This document shows positions 8,262 to 17,019 of a stretch of 64,000 nucleotides of DNA, piece after piece. Numbering within the stretch: the stretch's first letter is position 1; every line of letters starts with the position of its first letter. The DNA comes from Xanthobacteraceae bacterium (lineage in GTDB: Bacteria; Pseudomonadota; Alphaproteobacteria; Rhizobiales; Xanthobacteraceae), in assembly GCA_019635635.1 (NCBI GenBank), contig JAHBZB010000002.1, positions 517,204 through 581,203 on the forward strand, given 5' to 3'. The position numbers and the translations under genes were made by a program. Below the pieces are notes generated by a model. The model made no database searches. It worked only from the letters and a program-made list of their open reading frames with translations, and was not told the DNA's origin.

Positions 8262-9671
8262 TCAGAATTGGAAATAGATGAAGGGCGGCACGCCATCGGG
8301 CGAGGCCGCCGCGATCAGCCAGATCACGATTACCGGAATAGCAATCTTAACGGTAAGCGAAGCGCGGTCGTACCAGACTTCCGCCCTCTCCTGGGTGCGA
8401 TCCGGGATGATCTGCGTGAGCGCGCCGAAGACGAACATCAAGGCGACCAGCGGCGTCACCGTCACCGCGAAGCTCTGGAACGAAAACATCACGCGAAGAT
8501 AGTTGAGTGCGGCATCTAATGTCTGCGAGCGGAAGAAAATCCAGGCGAAGCAGACGAAGTGGAATGTAACCAGCCAAGCGATCACCGGCGGCAGGCGCCG
8601 CGCACCGTCCTTCCTGGTGAAGCCGAGCAGGCGCTCGACCACAAGCGCGACACCATGCATCGCGCCCCAGATCACGAAATTCCAGCTCGCGCCGTGCCAC
8701 AAGCCCCCGAGCAGCATCGTCACCATCAGCGCAAAGCAGGTCCACGCGATACCGTAATGACTCCCGCCGAGCGGCTTGTAGAGATAATCGCGCAGCCACG
8801 AAGACAGCGTGATATGCCAGCGCCGCCAGAAATCTTGGATGGAGAGAGCGCGGTAAGGCTGATTGAAGTTCTGCGGGAAACGATAGCCGAGCAGATTAGC
8901 GACGCCGATCGCGATGTCGGTATAGGCCGAGAAATCACAGTAGATCTGGAGCGCGTAGCCGTACATCGCGAGCCACAGGTCGGCGCTCGAATAAGCGGTC
9001 GGGTTCTGAAATACGTCATCGACAAAGCCGGTCGAGAGGTAATTCGCGACAATCACCTTCTTGAACAGCCCGCCGAGGATCAGGAATACCGCAAACGCAA
9101 GGCGGATATTTTCCGGCTCGGAGCGATGCGTGGTCTGCGAAAGGAAATCCTTCGCGCGCACGATCGGGCCCGCGACCAGATGCGGGAAGAAGCTGATGTA
9201 GAACAGCAGGTCCACCAACGAACGGGTCGGCTGCAACTCGCGCCGATAGACGTCGATCAGGTAGGACAGCGCGTGGAAGGTGATGAAGGAAATCGCAACC
9301 GGAAGCGCGACTTCGAGAAACGGCAGGCTCGACTGGACGCCAAGGCTCGAAAGCAGATTATCCACGTTGGCGACGAAGAAATTGTAATACTTGAATACGC
9401 CGAGCAGGCCGAGATTGGCCGCGACACCGAAGGCGAGCAGCCATTTGCGAGCGCGGCCGTCGGGTAGCGACCCCATCCAGAGCGCCAGCAGATAATTTCC
9501 GAGCGAGCTTCCGAACAGAATGAAGAGGTAGTTCGGATTCCAGGCAGCATAAAAAAGGTAGCTCGCCGTTACCAGAAACCACTTCTTCGGATCGTTTTGA
9601 TTGTTGAGAAGCCAGGTAACCGCGAAAACGATCGCGAAGAAGGCAGCAAATTCAATGGTTGGAAACAACAT
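8262..9671 (-). CDS. MBOAT family O-acyltransferase (AlgI/PatA/DltB-like)
   Basis: Multi-TM protein with MBOAT hallmark regions (FFPHLVAGPIVRA, DFWRRWHITLSSWLRDYLY, LLGGLWHGASWNF), including the conserved His. Confidence 0.9.
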   Translation of the reverse strand: MLFPTIEFAAFFAIVFAVTWLLNNQNDPKKWFLVTASYLFYAAWNPNYLFILFGSSLGNYLLALWMGSLPDGRARKWLLAFGVAANLGLLGVFKYYNFFVANVDNLLSSLGVQSSLPFLEVALPVAISFITFHALSYLIDVYRRELQPTRSLVDLLFYISFFPHLVAGPIVRAKDFLSQTTHRSEPENIRLAFAVFLILGGLFKKVIVANYLSTGFVDDVFQNPTAYSSADLWLAMYGYALQIYCDFSAYTDIAIGVANLLGYRFPQNFNQPYRALSIQDFWRRWHITLSSWLRDYLYKPLGGSHYGIAWTCFALMVTMLLGGLWHGASWNFVIWGAMHGVALVVERLLGFTRKDGARRLPPVIAWLVTFHFVCFAWIFFRSQTLDAALNYLRVMFSFQSFAVTVTPLVALMFVFGALTQIIPDRTQERAEVWYDRASLTVKIAIPVIVIWLIAAASPDGVPPFIYFQF

Positions 9672-11115
9672 TGTCGGACTGGCGCACTTGCTCGATCACC
9701 GGCAGCAACACTTTCATGAATTGCGCGGCGGTCTGCCGGTAACCTTCCATCGTGAAGTGCACGCGGTCTTTCGCGACCAGCGGCGGGGTCATGGTTGCCC
9801 AGCGATTTGCACCGCATTCGGCGGGCATGATCGAGGCCCAGTTCCAGTAAACGAGCTTGTGACGCTTGGCAATCTGCTCCTGCGTCTCGCGCACCTTGTC
9901 GAGGTTCACGGGCGTCTTCCATTCGCCGCAGGGTTCTTCCCTCGCCGTTTTGGTGGCGGCCCTCTTCTCGGCTTTCTCGTCATCCTGCTTTTTTGGCCCG
10001 CGGGCGCCGTCGGGCGGCGCCAGCATCACGATCACCGCGTTCGGGACCGCGCGCCTGATCTTGCCGAGCGCGCGCTCGTAGCTTTGCCGGTAGCGCACCA
10101 AATCCAGCGCATCGTTGAAGCCTTCGTTGGTGCCGAAAGCCAGCACCACGATCTGCGGGTCTAAGCGGCGCAGTTCGTTTTCGAATATCACATCGTCGAA
10201 CTTGTTCAGGATGTCGATGGTGGCACCCGGAAAGCCGACATTGCTGTAGGACAGGCCGGCCTCGCGGTTATAAACCGCGACACTCGAAAGGTTGACTGCG
10301 CCCTCGCCTTTCGTGGTGATCTTGATTTCGCGCACACGGTCGCTGGCCTTGCGCTCCGGCAGCAACTGAATCACGACCGGCTCTCGAACGTCGCCGGAAA
10401 GATCGACCTCCGACTGAAACACGCCGTCGAGACGGATTTCGATCTTGCCACCCTTGGGCTGCCGCAGCGCCTGAATTTCGATGCGGTCGAAATTATAAGG
10501 CGTCTCCGACTTGAAGCTGATGGTCTCGCCGTCGTCCTTGGCAATCGCATTGAAGCCGGAGAGCCAGAACTTGGAAGTCTCAGCGCTCTGCTGAAGCGCT
10601 TCATAGCTCCAGCCATCGGACGCAGTGATGCGGAATGCCGACGAACGGACACCGATATGCGGACGGCCCGCACTCAGATAACCCGCGCCGCCGTTTCCGA
10701 ATTTCGCCTGCAACAGGCGCCGCAATTCGCCGGTCATGAAGTCGGCAGCGGTGTGGCTGTCGCCGAGTTGCAGAATGGTGATGCCTTTCGGCTGCGCAAC
10801 ACGCTGCTTCTGCGGCGGCGGAGGCGTCTTGCGCGGCGTTTCGATCGGATCGAGGCTGCGCGGCGGCAGCGTCGGCACCGGCGGCGTCTGCTCCGGCATA
10901 GCCTCGTTCTCGGCGCGCGGCGAAGTTTCGACCTGCTTCGGTATTACAGATTGCTGCGATTGCGGCTCGACGCGCGTCTGGGTGCGCGGCGCACGCGGCA
11001 GTTCCGGCTCGCGGGTATCGGTCAAAATCGCGCCGATCACACCGACGAAGAACGCCGCGACGAACGCGATCGCCAGGAAACGGCCCAGCTTTCTTTTACG
11101 CGATCTGCGCGCCAT
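9652..11115 (-). CDS. Membrane-anchored SGNH/GDSL hydrolase-fold protein with a Pro-rich linker and an internal inserted domain
   Basis: N-terminal TM helix. SGNH blocks: I LQLGDSHT, II GFPGATI, III AFGTNEG, V DRVHFT. Its 3' end overlaps the MBOAT start by 20 nt. Confidence 0.8.
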   Translation of the reverse strand: MARRSRKRKLGRFLAIAFVAAFFVGVIGAILTDTREPELPRAPRTQTRVEPQSQQSVIPKQVETSPRAENEAMPEQTPPVPTLPPRSLDPIETPRKTPPPPQKQRVAQPKGITILQLGDSHTAADFMTGELRRLLQAKFGNGGAGYLSAGRPHIGVRSSAFRITASDGWSYEALQQSAETSKFWLSGFNAIAKDDGETISFKSETPYNFDRIEIQALRQPKGGKIEIRLDGVFQSEVDLSGDVREPVVIQLLPERKASDRVREIKITTKGEGAVNLSSVAVYNREAGLSYSNVGFPGATIDILNKFDDVIFENELRRLDPQIVVLAFGTNEGFNDALDLVRYRQSYERALGKIRRAVPNAVIVMLAPPDGARGPKKQDDEKAEKRAATKTAREEPCGEWKTPVNLDKVRETQEQIAKRHKLVYWNWASIMPAECGANRWATMTPPLVAKDRVHFTMEGYRQTAAQFMKVLLPVIEQVRQSDNVVSNH

Positions 11116-11161
11116 CTCACCCGTTCCGTTCGGCGAAGCGGGGGCCTCGCGCCCTCCCGCT

Positions 11162-11977
11162 TTAGTTCTTCACGTCGGACTTGGTATCGGGACTAGCTTC
11201 GCTTTTCTCGGGGCAAAGCTTTTCGACGTCTACCCCACGCTGCCGGAGACTTTCGACTATTTTGGGGTAGAGATAGGCGCCCACGATGTCATAGCCGGCG
11301 GGCGTGAAATGCGAGCCGTCGGCGGTGCGCAGCGCAATCAGCTTGCCGTCCTCGCCGGGGCCATAGGTGGAAAAGGTGTCCTCGCCTTCCGGCTTGATGC
11401 GCCAGGGCTCGACGTAGCGGACGCTAGGATCGTTCAGCGCCTTGATCGCTTCGGCGTAGAGATCATTCTTCTCGCGCGCTTCCTTGTCGGACGCCTTGTC
11501 GCGCAGCGACGGGATGCCGAGCCAGACGACGCTTGCCTTCATGCCGGTCGCATTCTTCAGCAACTTGTCGACCTTCTCGCGATAGACCGCGGACCATTCC
11601 GGCGACATGTATTGCGCGTTCTTGCCATCGGGATCGTAGATCGGATTGCGGTCGTTCAAGCCCATCGAGATCACATAGACCTGCGCCTTGTAGCGCCTGT
11701 CGATCGCGAGCAGCTCGCGCGGCCAGTTGAATTTGTCGAGGCGCGTGAGCCCGGTGCCGTTTTTGCCGAAGCGCTCGGTATCGATATGCGCCTTGAGGCA
11801 GGCGTTCTTCGCGATGTGGCGCGTCACGCCCTGCCACAAGCCGTCGGCCATGGAGTCGCCGACGAAAGCGATACGGGCCGGCTCCGGTTTCGGTGCGTTC
11901 TGCGCATTCGCCGCAACACCGAGCGAAAGCGCCGCCGCGAAGAGAACTGGAAATTGTCGGGATTGTAAGAAGCGCAT
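11162..11977 (-). CDS. Secreted SGNH/GDSL hydrolase-fold protein (DUF459-like)
   Basis: Signal peptide. SGNH blocks FVGDSMADGL, NGTGLTR, SMGLNDRN, DGSHFT. Confidence 0.8.
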   Translation of the reverse strand: MRFLQSRQFPVLFAAALSLGVAANAQNAPKPEPARIAFVGDSMADGLWQGVTRHIAKNACLKAHIDTERFGKNGTGLTRLDKFNWPRELLAIDRRYKAQVYVISMGLNDRNPIYDPDGKNAQYMSPEWSAVYREKVDKLLKNATGMKASVVWLGIPSLRDKASDKEAREKNDLYAEAIKALNDPSVRYVEPWRIKPEGEDTFSTYGPGEDGKLIALRTADGSHFTPAGYDIVGAYLYPKIVESLRQRGVDVEKLCPEKSEASPDTKSDVKN

Positions 11978-11982
11978 GAAGA

Positions 11983-12909
11983 TCAGTCGGCGAAGCTGCC
12001 CGAGTAGCGGCTCGATTCCGGCCAGCGGAAATCGAACGAGAAAAGTTGCGCGCGTACCGGCGTCAGCCGCTTCTTCGGCGGCGCGGGCGCAGGCAGCGGC
12101 AAAGGCGTGAGCGAAGCGGTCGTCACAACCGTCCGCACACGCGGCGGCTCATGCGCGGCCGCGCGGGTCGGCTCGATGCGTTCCTTGCGCTCGTGCGCAG
12201 CGCTCTTCGTGCGCGCCGGCATCTCCTTCGTTTCATGCGAAATGCTTGCGACCTGATAGCCGGTCGCAGAGGCCGCCTTCGACCACAAGCCGCGATAGCC
12301 GTCCATGTTGAAATGCACGCCATCCTTCGCGCGCACCGAAGGCGTGCAGAATTGCGGATCGCGCATGCTGACATAAGTCACGCCCGTGCCCGCGAGGCGC
12401 TGGCGCAGCATCGCATCGAGCGTCGCGGAATTTTTGTCCCAGGATTTCAACACGCAGGGCGGGCCGATCCAGACCAGCTTCAGGTCGGATGCGCGCGCGG
12501 TCTGCAAGATCTGGTCGATGCCTTTATCAAGGCCCTTGATCGAGCCGACGGCGTCGTTAGTGCCGAGGCTCATGAAAACGGTGCTGCCGCGGGGAACGCG
12601 GCGAAGCTGTTCGACGGCATGGCCGCCACGGATCGAAACCGAATTTGCCGCCTTGTTCTGGAAGCCCGATGCCATCGCGATCCCGACGCCGAGGCTGTCA
12701 CCGGTGACGACCGTGTTCGCGGCCATGGCGGGAGCCAAGCCCGCAAAAAAAAGGCCCGCGAGGGCAGCCGGGATCTGAAAACGGGTACGAGGCACGTGAC
12801 GGAACCACCAGTTCGGAACTGAAATTCTATCCTCGGAAGTCATGCTTAACAAAGGGTAAGACTTGCGCTTTGCCGATCCAACTTGCCGCAGTTTTGGGCG
12901 CTGGAGCAC
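11983..12909 (-). CDS. Secreted SGNH/GDSL hydrolase-fold protein with a Pro-rich C-terminal tail
   Basis: SGNH blocks VTGDSLGVG, SLGTNDAV, DGVHFN. The start is uncertain: GTG at 12909 or ATG at 12843. Confidence 0.7.
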   Translation of the reverse strand: MLQRPKLRQVGSAKRKSYPLLSMTSEDRISVPNWWFRHVPRTRFQIPAALAGLFFAGLAPAMAANTVVTGDSLGVGIAMASGFQNKAANSVSIRGGHAVEQLRRVPRGSTVFMSLGTNDAVGSIKGLDKGIDQILQTARASDLKLVWIGPPCVLKSWDKNSATLDAMLRQRLAGTGVTYVSMRDPQFCTPSVRAKDGVHFNMDGYRGLWSKAASATGYQVASISHETKEMPARTKSAAHERKERIEPTRAAAHEPPRVRTVVTTASLTPLPLPAPAPPKKRLTPVRAQLFSFDFRWPESSRYSGSFAD

Positions 12910-13063
12910 GCAATTTTCTGCGACCTTTATGCCTCACCATCCGATTCAGGCGCTCTTGAGACGGCCCGTGAGGGAGCGGCGGAAACCCGAGTCTTTTGAG
13001 TCATTTGCCGCAGCCAGCTCATTCCGGCGAGGCTCAAGTTTCGATTCAGCTTGAAGAACGGGC

Positions 13064-14263
13064 CTATTCGCGCGTGGTGCGGAACGCCGGCTTCCCGGCT
13101 TTCAGCGCTGCCCGGACCTCGCCCGAGTGCTGGCCGTGGCGGGGCGACGGCTTGTCGTAGTGCAGCGGGGTCCCAAGCATCGTGATCGGCGCGCGCACGC
13201 CGGGAATCGAACCGGCTTTCGCGACGTCGTCCGGTAGGTCGATCCGCATCTTGCGCGCGATCACCTGCGGATCGGCAAAGACCTCGTCGATCGAGCGGAT
13301 CGGGCCCGCGGGGACCCCGGCCTTCTCAAGCGCGGCGAGCAGATCGGCGCGGGTGCGTTGTTTCGTTTTTGCGGTCAGCGCAGGAATCAGCGTCGCGCGG
13401 TTTTCGTTGCGCTTGCCGTTCGAGACATAGCGCGGGTCGTCGCGCACTTCCGGCAGGCCGAGCACGTCACAGAAGTGCTTGAACTGACCATCGTTGCCGA
13501 CCGCGATGATCATGTAGCCATCGGACGTCTCGAACGCCTGATAGGGCACGACGTTGGGATGCGCGTTGCCCATACGCTTCGGCGCCTTGCCGGAGACGAG
13601 ATAGTTCAGCGCCTGATTGGCGAGCACGCTGGTCTGCACGTCCATCAGGCTCATGTCGATGTGCTGGCCCTCCCCGGTCCGGCCGCGTGCGATCAACGCG
13701 GAGAGGATGCCGACCGCGGAATAGACGCCGGTGAATACGTCGGCATAGGCAACGCCAGTGCGCATCGGCTCACGGTCCGGCTCGCCGGTGATGTCCATGA
13801 TGCCGCCCATGGCCTGAATGATGAGATCGTAACCGGGGCGATGCGCGTAAGGGCCGGTCTGGCCGAAGCCGGTCACCGAGCAATAGATGATCTTGGGATT
13901 GATCTTCTTCACGCTCTCGTAGTCGAGACCGTAATTCTTAAGGTCGCCGGTCTTGTAGTTCTCGACGATGACGTCCGCTTCCTTGATCAGCGCGACGACC
14001 ATCGCGATGTCGTCGGGATTCTTGAAGTCGGCGAGCACTGAGCGCTTGCCGCGATTGATCGCGTGATAATAGGCGGCGGAAAGGTTCTCGCCGTTCTTGC
14101 CCTCGACATAAGGCGGACCCCAGGTGCGGGTCTCGTCGCCCTGCCCCGGGCGCTCGAGCTTGATCACGTCGGCGCCGAGATCGGACAAAATCTGTCCGGC
14201 CCACGGGCCTGCGAGCACGCGTGCGAGTTCCAGCACCTTGATGCCGTCGAGCGGAGCGGTCAT
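13064..14263 (-). CDS. Family III CoA-transferase (CaiB/BaiF), probably glutarate/succinyl-CoA transferase partner of GcdH
   Basis: Motifs GIKVLELARVLAGPWAGQILSDLGADVIKLE and GYDLIIQAMGGIMDITG. Located immediately downstream of gcdH. Confidence 0.85.
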   Translation of the reverse strand: MTAPLDGIKVLELARVLAGPWAGQILSDLGADVIKLERPGQGDETRTWGPPYVEGKNGENLSAAYYHAINRGKRSVLADFKNPDDIAMVVALIKEADVIVENYKTGDLKNYGLDYESVKKINPKIIYCSVTGFGQTGPYAHRPGYDLIIQAMGGIMDITGEPDREPMRTGVAYADVFTGVYSAVGILSALIARGRTGEGQHIDMSLMDVQTSVLANQALNYLVSGKAPKRMGNAHPNVVPYQAFETSDGYMIIAVGNDGQFKHFCDVLGLPEVRDDPRYVSNGKRNENRATLIPALTAKTKQRTRADLLAALEKAGVPAGPIRSIDEVFADPQVIARKMRIDLPDDVAKAGSIPGVRAPITMLGTPLHYDKPSPRHGQHSGEVRAALKAGKPAFRTTRE

Positions 14264-14272
14264 GGCGCGAAC

Positions 14273-15496
14273 TTACTGCGAGAAGGCCTGAATGCCGGTG
14301 ATGCCGCGGCCGAGGATCAGCGCATGAACGTCATGCGTTCCCTCATAGGTGTTCACCGTTTCCAGATTCATTGCGTGGCGCATGACATGATACTCGGCGG
14401 TGATGCCGTTGCCGCCGTGCATGTCGCGGGCGACACGCGCGATGTCGAGCGCCTTGCCGCAGTTGTTGCGCTTGATGATCGAAACCGCTTCCGGCGGGCA
14501 GCGATCTTCATCCATAAGGCGCGTCACGCGCAACGCCGCCTGAAGGCCGAGCGCGATTTCGGTCTGCATGTTCGCGAGCTTGAGCTGGACGAGCTGGGTC
14601 GCGGCCAGCGGACGGCCGAACTGCTTGCGGTTCAGCGTGTAGTCGCGTGCCGCCGCCATGCAGGCTTCGGCCGCGCCCATCGCACCCCAGGCAATACCGA
14701 GACGCGCGCGGGTAAGGCAGCCGAACGGACCGGACAGGCCGGAGACGTTGGGAAGCAGCGCGTCTTCGCCGACCTCGACGCCTTCCATCACGATCTCGCC
14801 GGTGATCGAAGCGCGCAAGCTAAGCTTGCCTTCGATCTTCGGCGTCGAAAGGCCTTTCATGCCGCGCTCGAGCACGAAGCCCCGGATGCGGTTGTCGTGC
14901 GCCTCGGATTTCGCCCAGACCACGAAAACATCAGCGACCGGCGCATTGGTTATCCAGAGTTTCGCGCCCGTGAGCTTGTAGCCCTTCACGGTCTTCTCCG
15001 CGCGCGTGCGCATACCGCCTGGATCCGAGCCGTGATCCGGCTCGGTCAAACCGAACGCGCCGACGATCTCGCCGCTCGCCAGCCGCGGCAGATACTTCAT
15101 GCGCTGCTCTTCCGAGCCGTACGCATAAATCGGGTACATCACGAGCGAGGACTGCACGCTCATGGCGGAACGATAGCCAGAGTCCACGCGCTCGATCTCG
15201 CGTACCGCAACACCATAGCTCACATAGTTTAGGCCTGCGCCGCCGTATTTCTCCGGCAGCGTCGAGCCGAGCAGGCCAAGCGCGCCCATCTCGCTCATGA
15301 TCGTGCGGTCGTATTTCTCTTGCAGGAACGCTTCCGTCACACGCGGCATCAGCTTTTCCTGCGCGTAGCCGCGCGCGGTATCACGCACCATGCGCTCGTC
15401 GTCGGTCAACTGGCTTTCGAGATCGAAGGGATCTTCCCAGTGCGGCGAAACGGATGAGGCTTGCTTGGCGGCGTCCTTGGCGAGCGGCTTATTCAT
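14273..15496 (-). CDS. gcdH: Glutaryl-CoA dehydrogenase
   Basis: Acyl-CoA dehydrogenase fold with GcdH-type motifs ([45 protein letters not shown]). Confidence 0.9.
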   Translation of the reverse strand: MNKPLAKDAAKQASSVSPHWEDPFDLESQLTDDERMVRDTARGYAQEKLMPRVTEAFLQEKYDRTIMSEMGALGLLGSTLPEKYGGAGLNYVSYGVAVREIERVDSGYRSAMSVQSSLVMYPIYAYGSEEQRMKYLPRLASGEIVGAFGLTEPDHGSDPGGMRTRAEKTVKGYKLTGAKLWITNAPVADVFVVWAKSEAHDNRIRGFVLERGMKGLSTPKIEGKLSLRASITGEIVMEGVEVGEDALLPNVSGLSGPFGCLTRARLGIAWGAMGAAEACMAAARDYTLNRKQFGRPLAATQLVQLKLANMQTEIALGLQAALRVTRLMDEDRCPPEAVSIIKRNNCGKALDIARVARDMHGGNGITAEYHVMRHAMNLETVNTYEGTHDVHALILGRGITGIQAFSQ

Positions 15497-15518
15497 GACG
15501 GGGTCCTCGAAAGCGCGG

Positions 15519-15530
15519 GCGCAATTGCGC
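15519..15530. promoter_or_regulatory. Perfect 12 bp palindrome GCGCAATTGCGC upstream of gcdH; candidate operator
   Basis: Seen directly, 23 nt upstream of the gcdH start, in the gcdH / 15652 divergent intergenic region. Confidence 0.3.
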
Positions 15531-15651
15531 GCTGCATTATCTTCCCTTGGCTATAGACCCGCTTTAAATCCCGCGCCAGTAGCCAGCGCCAAGGCGAACC
15601 GGCTATGACCACTACGCGGAATGGTACGCGCTAAATGGATGGAGTTCCGGC

Positions 15652-17019
15652 ATGAATCTCGGCCGAATGTTGAAAGCCCGCGCTGCGGAAGGACGTCCGG
15701 TTCGCGCGGGCCTGATCGGGGCAGGAAAATTCGGCTCGATGTTCCTGGCGCAGGCGCGCACGACGCCGGGGCTGCATGTACTCGGGATCGCGGACCTCTC
15801 CGGCGCGCGCGCTCGCGACGCGATGAAGCGCACCGGCTGGGACGAAGCGCAGATCGCGCGCGATCTCGCGGATGCGCTGAAGAGTGGCAAGACCGCGATC
15901 ACCGAAGACGCGATGGCACTGATCAACGCCGACGGCCTCGATGTGGTGCTTGACGTGACCGGCAGCCCTGCCGCCGCGATCCGGCATTGTCTCGCGGCGT
16001 TCAAAGCCAAGCGTCATGTCGTGAACGTGACCGTCGAAGCCGATGTGCTCGCTGGTCCCTTGCTCGCAAAGCGCGCTGCGGAAGCCGGCGTCGTCTATGC
16101 GCTTGCCTACGGCGACCAGCCCGCACTCGTCTGCGAAATGGTGGATTGGGCGGAAGCCTGCGGCTTCCGGGTAGTGTCCGCGGGCAAAGGCACGAAGTAC
16201 CTCCCGGAATATCCGCAATCGACGCCAGACACGGTCTGGAATTACTACGGTCTCACCGCCGAACAGGCTGCGGCGGCCGGCATGAACTCGCAGATGTTCA
16301 ATTCGTTTCTCGACGGTACGAAGTCGGCAATCGAAATGGCTGCGATCTCGAATGCCACCGGACTGAAAGCGCCGCGCGATGGTCTCGCCTTCCCGCCCTG
16401 CGGCGCGGACGAATTGCCGAAACATCTCATTCCGCGCGCCGCCGGCGGCGTGCTTGATGAAAGCGGCATCGTCGAAGTCGTATCGAGCCTCAATCGCGAC
16501 GGCTCGCCGGTCGAGCGCGATTTGCGCTGGGGCGTCTATGTCGTGTTCGAAGCGGGCTCGGACGACGCGCGCGCGGAATATACGCGCCGTTGCTTCGCGG
16601 AATACGGCATGATCACCGACAAGTCCGGACGCTATTCGGCGCTCTATCGTCCCTATCACATGATCGGGCTCGAACTTGGGATCTCTGCCGCCGCCGCCGT
16701 GCTGCGCAACGAAGCGACTGGCGTTGCCGACGCGTTCCGTTCGGATGTCGCGGCCGTCGCCAAGCGCGATCTTGCGACGGGCGAAATGCTGGACGGCGAA
16801 GGCGGCTACACGGTTTACGGCAAGATCTTACGCGCGGAGGACTCCCTCCGCAGCGGTGCCCTACCGATCGGGCTTGCGCACAAGGTTAAGCTCAACAATC
16901 CGGTCGCAGCCGGCAAAGCCGTCACCTGGAACGATGTCGCAATTATCGAAGACGATACGGTTAAATTCCGCCGCGAGATGGAGCGTGCGTTCGCGCCGAG
17001 GAAGTCCGCCACGGCTTGA
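15652..17019 (+). CDS. NAD(P)-binding oxidoreductase with C-terminal SAF domain (homoserine dehydrogenase-like family)
   Basis: N-terminal Rossmann motif VRAGLIGAGKFGSMF and a C-terminal SAF-like segment. The specific substrate is unknown. Confidence 0.7.
   Translation: MNLGRMLKARAAEGRPVRAGLIGAGKFGSMFLAQARTTPGLHVLGIADLSGARARDAMKRTGWDEAQIARDLADALKSGKTAITEDAMALINADGLDVVLDVTGSPAAAIRHCLAAFKAKRHVVNVTVEADVLAGPLLAKRAAEAGVVYALAYGDQPALVCEMVDWAEACGFRVVSAGKGTKYLPEYPQSTPDTVWNYYGLTAEQAAAAGMNSQMFNSFLDGTKSAIEMAAISNATGLKAPRDGLAFPPCGADELPKHLIPRAAGGVLDESGIVEVVSSLNRDGSPVERDLRWGVYVVFEAGSDDARAEYTRRCFAEYGMITDKSGRYSALYRPYHMIGLELGISAAAAVLRNEATGVADAFRSDVAAVAKRDLATGEMLDGEGGYTVYGKILRAEDSLRSGALPIGLAHKVKLNNPVAAGKAVTWNDVAIIEDDTVKFRREMERAFAPRKSATA

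Noticed and set aside
7518-12909. tRNA-Gln-associated genomic island carrying the MBOAT/SGNH cluster
   Set aside because: No integrase, no visible direct repeat of the tRNA 3' end downstream, and no evident compositional shift. Kept only as a minor possibility under the tRNA finding.
12863-13054. 63 aa plus-strand ORF in the intergenic region between the SGNH gene and the CoA-transferase gene
   Set aside because: No SD, no domain and a biased Arg/Ser/Phe composition. It is likely non-coding.
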